A stretch of DNA of 64,000 nt from assembly GCA_017549125.1 (NCBI GenBank), contig JAFYVL010000025.1:37025-101024 (forward strand), in the 5' to 3' direction. The position numbers and the translations under genes are program-made. The notes beneath the pieces are model-generated. The model was given only the letters and a program-made list of their open reading frames with translations, was not told where the DNA came from and searched no databases. Shown one piece after another: positions 57,364-64,000 of the stretch. Numbering within the stretch: position 1 is the stretch's first letter; every line of letters begins with the position of its first letter. Source of the DNA: Oscillospiraceae bacterium. Lineage in GTDB: Bacteria; Bacillota; Clostridia; Oscillospirales; Oscillospiraceae.

Positions 57364-58293
57364 ATGAATAAGAAACCGGTACTGGTAGTCATGGCCGCTG
57401 GCATGGGCAGCCGTTACGGCGGTCTGAAGCAGATCGATCCCGTAGGCAGCTGCGGCGAAGCCATTCTGGACTACTCTTTGTTCGATGCACATGAAGCAGG
57501 TTTTGAAACCGCTGTTATCATTATTAAGGAAGCCATTAAGAAGGATTTCATGGATACCGTAGGCAAGCGTCTGGAAGCCTGCCCCATGGAGATCCGTTAT
57601 GCTTACCAGGAGTTGGACAAGATCCCTGAGGGCTTTACTGTTCCTGCTGAGCGCACCAAGCCCTGGGGCACCAGCCACGCAGTATTCTGCGCCCTGGATG
57701 CCATTGACGGCGCACCCTTTGCCGTCATCAATGCAGACGATTACTATGGCAAATCCGCATTCAAGGTAATTTACGAGTTCCTGGCCAACAATCAGGACAC
57801 CGACAAGTACAACTACTGCATGGTAGGCTATGAGCTGGGCAAAACCGTTACTGAGAATGGCTCTGTGGCTCGTGGCATCTGCCAGACCGACGAGAATAAC
57901 TATCTGGTCAATGTGGTGGAGCGCACCAAGATCGAGCAGTACGAGGGCGGCATCCACTTTACCGAGGACGATGGCGCTACCTGGACAGACGTAGCTGCTG
58001 AAACTCCCGTTTCCATGAATATGTGGGGCTTCACTCCCAGCTTCCTCAACGAGATCGGCGCTACCTTCCCCCAGTTCCTGCAGGTAGACGTCCCTAAGAA
58101 TCCTGCCAAGGCAGAGTTCTTCCTGCCTCGCACCGTCAGCGAACTGCTGGAAGCCAACAAGGCTACCGTTAAGGTTCTGCGCTCTGCAGATAAGTGGTAC
58201 GGTGTGACCTATGCCGCAGATAAGCCTGTGGTCGTAGCTGCGCTGAAGGAAATGGCCGAACAGGGTCTGTACCCCGACGGTCTGTGGAAATAA
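57364..58293 (+). CDS. Sugar-phosphate nucleotidyltransferase
   Basis: VMAAGMGSRYGGLKQID, KPWGT, VINADDYYG. Confidence 0.88.
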   Translation: MNKKPVLVVMAAGMGSRYGGLKQIDPVGSCGEAILDYSLFDAHEAGFETAVIIIKEAIKKDFMDTVGKRLEACPMEIRYAYQELDKIPEGFTVPAERTKPWGTSHAVFCALDAIDGAPFAVINADDYYGKSAFKVIYEFLANNQDTDKYNYCMVGYELGKTVTENGSVARGICQTDENNYLVNVVERTKIEQYEGGIHFTEDDGATWTDVAAETPVSMNMWGFTPSFLNEIGATFPQFLQVDVPKNPAKAEFFLPRTVSELLEANKATVKVLRSADKWYGVTYAADKPVVVAALKEMAEQGLYPDGLWK

Positions 58294-58301
58294 GAACTTA
58301 C

Positions 58302-58330
58302 CCTCCCGGAGAAATCCGGGAGGATTTTTT
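58302..58330 (+). terminator. Intrinsic terminator
   Basis: CCTCCCGGA-GAAA-TCCGGGAGG followed by ATTTTTT. Confidence 0.8.
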
Positions 58331-58551
58331 ATGCCATTTCGTATTAACTTCGGGCAATAATCGTTTATACCGAAGCAGAAACGTTACCGGGCGGGTTAGG
58401 GAAATAAGGACGATTGCCCGGGGTAAATGCGTAATGGGATAAAACGCCCTTGCGTTTTAAATTGAAATTTATAAAAAAATCTTTCTTTTTTGCAAATTAT
58501 GTGTATAATGGTAAGTGATGAATTTTGACCTTTAGGGAGGTTTATAACATA

Positions 58552-59757
58552 ATGGAAAAATTGATTCTGGATGCGAAAACCGTAGAAGCTGTGAATGCCG
58601 GCTTTGCCAATACTTTTGGCAGCAACCCGGAGCGTTATTTCTCTGCGCCCGGTCGTACGGAGATCGGTGGTAACCACACCGACCATCAGCGTGGTCGTGT
58701 TCTGGCTGCCGCTGTGAATCTGGAGGCTGTGGCCGCTGTTCGTGCCAACGGCACCGACCAGATCCGCATTCTGTCTGAGGGTTATCCCATGTGCCAGGTC
58801 AGCCTGGCAGATTTAGAGCCTAACACCGCAGAATACAACACCACCCCTGCGCTGATCCGTGGTGTAGCCGCTCGCTTCGCCCAGATGGGTTGCAAGGTAG
58901 AAGGCTTTGATGCCTATGTAACTTCCACCGTTCTGCCCGGTTCCGGTTTGAGTTCCTCCGCCGCTTACGAGGTGCTCATTGGTACCATCATCAACCATAT
59001 GTTCTTTGATGGCAAGGTCAGCCAGCCCGAGATCGCCATGATCGGTCAGTACGCAGAGAACGTATTTTTCGGCAAGCCCTGCGGTCTGATGGACCAGATG
59101 GCTTCCGCTGTGGGTAACATGGTGACCATTGATTTCTTTGATAAGGAAAATCCTGTGATCGAGTCTGTTGACTTTGATTTTGCCGCCTGCGGTCATGCCC
59201 TGTGTATCATCGACAGCCGTGCCAGCCACGCTGACCTAACCGACGAGTATGCCGCTATCACCATCGAACTGAAGAACATCTGCAGTTTCTTCGGCAAGGA
59301 CGTTCTGACCCAGATCGACGAGGCAGAATTTATTGCCAATATGGCTGCCCTTCGTGAGAAGTTCGGTGATCGTGCTGTTCTGCGTGCTTATCATTTCTAC
59401 AAGGAAAATGCCCGTGTTCCCCAGCAGGTTGCCGCACTCCGTGAGGGCAACTTCGACAAGTTCCTGGGTCTGGTTAAGCAGAGTGGCTACTCCTCCTGGA
59501 TGTACCTGCAAAATGTCATTCCTGCAGGCTACACCACCCATCAGGATGTGGCTCTGTCCCTGGCTCTGTGTGAGAATTACTTAAATGGTCGTGGCGCTTA
59601 CCGTGTCCACGGTGGCGGCTTCGCCGGTACTGTCCAGGCATTTGTACCTGTGGACATTCTGGAGACCTTCCGTGCCGGTATTGATGCGGTTCTGGGTGAA
59701 GGCGCATGCCATGTGCTGTCTATCCGTCCTCACGGCGGCGTAGAGGCTTACGCATAA
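58552..59757 (+). CDS. galK: Galactokinase
   Basis: SAPGRTEIGGNHTDH, PGSGLSSSAA, CGLMDQ, RVHGGGFAG. Confidence 0.92.
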   Translation: MEKLILDAKTVEAVNAGFANTFGSNPERYFSAPGRTEIGGNHTDHQRGRVLAAAVNLEAVAAVRANGTDQIRILSEGYPMCQVSLADLEPNTAEYNTTPALIRGVAARFAQMGCKVEGFDAYVTSTVLPGSGLSSSAAYEVLIGTIINHMFFDGKVSQPEIAMIGQYAENVFFGKPCGLMDQMASAVGNMVTIDFFDKENPVIESVDFDFAACGHALCIIDSRASHADLTDEYAAITIELKNICSFFGKDVLTQIDEAEFIANMAALREKFGDRAVLRAYHFYKENARVPQQVAALREGNFDKFLGLVKQSGYSSWMYLQNVIPAGYTTHQDVALSLALCENYLNGRGAYRVHGGGFAGTVQAFVPVDILETFRAGIDAVLGEGACHVLSIRPHGGVEAYA

Positions 59758-59872
59758 ACTGAAAACTGAAAACTGAAAGTTGAAAACGGCAATATTAGCA
59801 CCGGAAACTAATTCCTTACATCTGCAAGATTGGTACATTCGTTTTCAGTTTTGCGTTTTCCATTTTCAGTTT
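59756..59872. repeat. Heptamer-repeat inverted element
   Basis: (AAACTGA)n-like run at 59756-59788 with a complementary TTTTCAG-like run at 59840-59872. Confidence 0.65.
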
Positions 59873-59921
59873 TATCATGACTCTGGAAAATATTTCCCTG
59901 TACTGATGAGGAGAGTAATAA

Positions 59922-61409
59922 ATGAAAATCGAAACTTATATCGATTCCCTGGTGTCTTATGCCATGAACAAGGGTCTGGCTATGCCCGAGGATCACATGG
60001 TACTGACTAACCGCATTTTGGAGATCATGGGCATGGACGCCTATGAACCCTGTGACGAGCCCCAGATCGAGGATCTGGAGGAAATTCTGAAGAATCTTCT
60101 GGACTATGCCTGCCAGACCGGTGTGTGCGAGGATAACATTGTCTCTCGTGACCTGTTTGATACCAAGCTCATGGGTGCGCTGACTCCCATGCCCCGTGAG
60201 GTCATTGCCATCTTCAATACCTTGTACGAGCAGAGCCCGGAAGCTGCCACCGATTGGTACTATCAGTTCAGCTGCGATACCGACTATATTCGTCGTTACC
60301 GCATTGCAAAGGATATGCGCTGGAAGTATGACAGCAACTACGGTCAGATCGACATTACCATCAACCTGTCCAAGCCCGAGAAAGATCCCAAGGCCATCGC
60401 TGCCGCCAAGAATGCGCCCCAGTCCAGCTATCCCAAGTGCCAGCTGTGTACCGAAAATGAGGGCTATGCCGGCCGCATGAACCATCCTGCCCGTCAAAAC
60501 CATCGAATCATCCCCATTACTGTGGCGGATTCTCCCTGGTGTCTGCAGTACTCTCCCTATGTGTACTACAACGAGCATTGTATCGTATTTAACTCCCAGC
60601 ACATCCCCATGAAGATTGACCGTTCCGCCTTTAAGAAGCTGTTGGACTTCGTGACCCTGTTCCCCCACTATTTCGTAGGCTCTAACGCAGACCTGCCCAT
60701 CGTCGGCGGTTCTATTCTGAGCCACGAGCATTTCCAGGGCGGTCATTACACCTTCGCCATGGAAACTGCCCCCGTAGAAAAGGCCATCGCCTTCAACGGC
60801 TATGAGGATATCACCGCAGGCATCGTAAAATGGCCCATGAGCGTGATCCGTCTCCGTGGCGCAGATCCCGACCGTCTGGTAGATCTGGCTGACAAGATTC
60901 TGATCGCTTGGCGTGGCTACACCGACGAGGCCGCATTGATTCTGGCTGAGACCGACGGTGAGCCCCACAACACCATCACCCCCATTGCCCGTCGTCGTGG
61001 TGAGGACTACGAACTGGATCTGGTGCTGCGTAACAATCTGACCACCGAGGAACATCCTCTGGGTGTGTATCATCCCCACGCAGATAAGCATAACATCAAG
61101 AAGGAAAACATTGGTCTGATCGAGGTTATGGGTCTTGCTGTTCTGCCCAGCCGTCTGAAGAAGGAACTGTACGATCTGGCAGATGCCATCGTAGCCAATG
61201 CGCCCCTCACCGGTGAGCTGGAAAAGCATATTACCTGGGTAGATGGCATCAAGAGCCGTCGTGCATTCACCAAGGACAACGCATTGGATATCCTGTTGGA
61301 GGAGACCGGCAAGGTATTCGCCGCTGTTCTGGAGGATGCCGGTGTGTATAAGTGCAACGACGAAGGCCGTGCCGCATTCTTGCGCTTTGTAGATTTTGTA
61401 AACGCTTAA
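59922..61409 (+). CDS. galT: Galactose-1-phosphate uridylyltransferase (class II)
   Basis: ITINLSKPEKDPK, YSPYVYYNEH, GSNADLPIVGGSILSHEHFQGG, IKKENIGLIEVMG. Confidence 0.95.
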   Translation: MKIETYIDSLVSYAMNKGLAMPEDHMVLTNRILEIMGMDAYEPCDEPQIEDLEEILKNLLDYACQTGVCEDNIVSRDLFDTKLMGALTPMPREVIAIFNTLYEQSPEAATDWYYQFSCDTDYIRRYRIAKDMRWKYDSNYGQIDITINLSKPEKDPKAIAAAKNAPQSSYPKCQLCTENEGYAGRMNHPARQNHRIIPITVADSPWCLQYSPYVYYNEHCIVFNSQHIPMKIDRSAFKKLLDFVTLFPHYFVGSNADLPIVGGSILSHEHFQGGHYTFAMETAPVEKAIAFNGYEDITAGIVKWPMSVIRLRGADPDRLVDLADKILIAWRGYTDEAALILAETDGEPHNTITPIARRRGEDYELDLVLRNNLTTEEHPLGVYHPHADKHNIKKENIGLIEVMGLAVLPSRLKKELYDLADAIVANAPLTGELEKHITWVDGIKSRRAFTKDNALDILLEETGKVFAAVLEDAGVYKCNDEGRAAFLRFVDFVNA

Positions 61410-61569
61410 AATCGCCCCGCAGGGCATATCAAGTGCAAAGCACATATCGAAGGCGCAGCCTATATGGAAAATCCCCTAAGGGATTTATATCGATGATTTA
61501 TCCCCCATGGGGGCTTGCGAAACAGCCAAATATATTGTAAAATAGCGAAAAAGAAAAGGAGGGCTTGCA

Positions 61570-61899
61570 ATGGCAGACCACCACGAACATGATCATGCCT
61601 ATATGCATGCCCACGGACTTTCCCACTCCCACGGACATGTGCATGAAAATCAGAAAGCGGTCATTAACCGTCTGGCCCGTGCCATGGGACATTTGGAAAA
61701 GGTCAAACGAATGGTTGAGGAAGGCTACGATTGCTCCGAGGTCTTGGTGCAATTAGCCGCTGTCCGTTCCGCCTTGGACAATACCGGCAAGGTGATTCTC
61801 AAGGATCATATCCACCATTGCATGGTGGATGCAGTAGCCGCCGGTGACCAGGAAGCCATCAGCGACCTGTGCCAAGCAATTGACAAATTTATGAAATGA
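61570..61899 (+). CDS. CsoR/RcnR-family metal-sensing repressor with His-rich N-terminus
   Basis: NRLARAMGHL, DCSEVLVQLAAV, HIHHC. Confidence 0.88.
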   Translation: MADHHEHDHAYMHAHGLSHSHGHVHENQKAVINRLARAMGHLEKVKRMVEEGYDCSEVLVQLAAVRSALDNTGKVILKDHIHHCMVDAVAAGDQEAISDLCQAIDKFMK

Positions 61900-61933
61900 A
61901 AACTGGTGCTGTCGGTAAGACAGCACCAGTTTT
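61899..61933. terminator. Bidirectional terminator between convergent genes
   Basis: AAAACTGGTGCTGTC-GGTAA-GACAGCACCAGTTTT. Confidence 0.85.
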
Positions 61934-61935
61934 GT

Positions 61936-62838
61936 TTACTTATTGATTCTTTGCTGGTTTTCCTTCTTCTTGCGAATCCGAATGATCCAGTATGTGATCA
62001 ATGCGCCCAAGACGATTATTCCCCAATAAGGCATATAAACGATCCAGAAAATCACCAGTTCCTTGACCAGTGTCCACACACCATTCAGGCTTCTGACAAA
62101 ACCGTTGCCGATTCGTTCGAAAAAGCCCTCGGTTTTGGGTTCTTCTACTACGGTGTAGGTCTCCACCTCTGTGACATCCAGATAGATGGTACTGTAATTG
62201 ACCTGATTGTCATAAACCTTCAGGATGGACTGTACCTGTTCCAGTTCTGTGCGAACATCTGTCAGCTTGGACTCAATTGTCAGCAGGTCGTTCATATTCT
62301 CTGCCAGGGACAACAATTCCAAAAGCCGTGTTTCCTCGGTCTGCAAGGCCTTGACGCGGCTTTCCGTTGCCACATAATCCAAGGTCACATCATCGGTGGT
62401 TTCCCGGAGAGATGTGATATTGGAAACCTCATGGACCTGATCCACAAACTGATCCAGGTTTTCTGCCGGGATACGAATGGTCAAATCACCATAACGGGTC
62501 TTGGTATTACGGGAACTGCCGTTATAGATCTCACGGCTTTCCACATAACCGCCCAGTTGGGCGATCCGCTGCTCCACCTGACTGAGCAGAGAATCCAGAT
62601 CCTCGGTCTCCGCATCCATATAGACCTTACGGATCAGCTTCTGATTGACAGGTGTTTGGGTTTGGCTGCTCTCTTCTGTCTTAGAAAGTCCCTTCTCAGG
62701 GACGCTGTTCATGCTGTCAGACTCCACATCCATGCTAACACGATCGGATTTCGATTCCGTGTTTGCACCACAGGCAGCCAGGACAGAAATCAAAAGCATC
62801 ACCACGAGAAACAGCGCAAAAATTCTTCTGATTTGCAT
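61936..62838 (-). CDS. DUF4349-domain lipoprotein
   Basis: Lipobox LAAC; KLIRK, LTIRIP, DVTLDYV, QVNYSTI; C-terminal TM helix. Confidence 0.8.
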   Translation of the reverse strand: MQIRRIFALFLVVMLLISVLAACGANTESKSDRVSMDVESDSMNSVPEKGLSKTEESSQTQTPVNQKLIRKVYMDAETEDLDSLLSQVEQRIAQLGGYVESREIYNGSSRNTKTRYGDLTIRIPAENLDQFVDQVHEVSNITSLRETTDDVTLDYVATESRVKALQTEETRLLELLSLAENMNDLLTIESKLTDVRTELEQVQSILKVYDNQVNYSTIYLDVTEVETYTVVEEPKTEGFFERIGNGFVRSLNGVWTLVKELVIFWIVYMPYWGIIVLGALITYWIIRIRKKKENQQRINK

Positions 62839-62936
62839 AAGAAATCCTCCCTTATTTTTGGATTCTAAGGTCAGTATAGCACAACACTCTCTAAAATGCA
62901 AGACGCTGCCCCAACCCACTGGGACAGCGTCGTTTT

Positions 62937-64000
62937 TTATTTGGTTGCTTTCCGCTCTTCCTTGGTCTTGCAGAACTTTTCCAACTGGGGAACAAACATC
63001 AAGCAGATCAGCGCAGCGGTGAAGCCGCCATTATACAGGCAGAAGCCGCCGTGCATATCCGGCACAGAGGTGACCAGCAGATAATGCAGGCCGCCTGCCA
63101 GTGCACCGTATGCCCAACCGTACTTGCCGGAAATGGGGCTCAAGCCGTTGGCATAGCACAAACCGATCACAATGGCCTGTGCGTTGATAGTCAGCGCAAA
63201 GGTCTCGCCCACAAACAGCCACTCACACAGCAGGCTTGTCACCAGATAGCCCAGCATAATGGGCCATACATTGCCCGGGTGAGAGCCGGAGTTACAGGTA
63301 CACAGCATACAGAAGATGATGCCGAAGGTAACACCGTTGAAGCTGGCACCGATCAGATTGTAGTACAGCACAATGAACAGACCAAACACGCCCACATTCA
63401 TCAAGAAGGGGGCATTGCCATAGGCAGAAGAGAAGCTGACACCCTTACCGGGATCTTTCAGCACCTTCAGATAATCTGCCGGACGGCAGCCCATGAACCA
63501 TGCCACCGCCACGCAAATACCAAACAGCACAATGCAGAAAATATTCACAATGGGCCAGGAGGCCACCTCCAGGGTTTCTGCGCCGGGAGCGGCAGGCAAT
63601 GTGCCGCCCAGCACCTTATACAGCACAGCACGCAGGAAAAATGCGGTCATACCGATGGGCAAAGCTGCGGAATAATGGTCATAGCCCTTATGTACCGCAG
63701 GAGAGTGTGCCAGGCCTGCAGGCAGGAAGAAGCCGATGATCAGACCCACAAACAATGCAATCAGAATACCGCTGAAGCTAAAGCCCACAGCCTCTGCATT
63801 GGGCCAGCGCAGCAGCAGATCGGAGATCAAAGGCGCAATGCCGGTGGAGAACATCATGGCATTGATCATAGCACCGGGTTTTTCCTTCTTCACCAGGCAG
63901 TACAGCAGCACACCGGCAAAGGTAGGCAGGATGTTCAGAGGGTTAATACCCCAAGAACCAAAGCCGATGGTCAGAATCACAGCCAGGGTGGTCACATTAT
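62937..64000 (-). CDS. DUF1576-like polytopic membrane protein (5' end beyond the window)
   Basis: Gly-rich TM repeats; HKGYDHYSAA and HGGFCLYNGGFTA. Confidence 0.7.
   Translation of the reverse strand, partial: NVTTLAVILTIGFGSWGINPLNILPTFAGVLLYCLVKKEKPGAMINAMMFSTGIAPLISDLLLRWPNAEAVGFSFSGILIALFVGLIIGFFLPAGLAHSPAVHKGYDHYSAALPIGMTAFFLRAVLYKVLGGTLPAAPGAETLEVASWPIVNIFCIVLFGICVAVAWFMGCRPADYLKVLKDPGKGVSFSSAYGNAPFLMNVGVFGLFIVLYYNLIGASFNGVTFGIIFCMLCTCNSGSHPGNVWPIMLGYLVTSLLCEWLFVGETFALTINAQAIVIGLCYANGLSPISGKYGWAYGALAGGLHYLLVTSVPDMHGGFCLYNGGFTAALICLMFVPQLEKFCKTKEERKATK

Overview
This is a Firmicutes (Clostridia, probably Oscillospiraceae-like; inferred) chromosomal window dominated by a ~48.7 kb integrative element (3654-52332) inserted in tRNA-Leu(CAG) and flanked by a perfect 60-bp direct repeat. 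Most of the cargo is a minus-strand glycan-utilisation locus: a ~38 kb apparent operon (three Gfo/Idh/MocA oxidoreductases, a NagB-TIM-barrel fusion, NagA, a sugar ABC transporter, giant repeat surface proteins, a DUF4838 protein, GH20, an SGNH esterase, AraC, a HexNAc-kinase-like enzyme, UxuA/UxuB) plus a 2154-aa heparinase II/III-family lyase. The mobility module is only ~3.4 kb. It consists of a ~950-nt non-coding region that folds densely on the + strand, an intact second tyrosine recombinase, an excisionase and the tRNA-targeting integrase; no relaxase, replication or conjugation gene is recognisable. The structured region plus the extra recombinase is the best candidate for an undescribed system. 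Flanks: araC and a GH78 rhamnosidase on the left; tldD/pmbA, rpsT, gluQ, galK/galT, a CsoR-type repressor and membrane proteins on the right. All family calls come from motif recognition by eye; no searches or folding programs were run.
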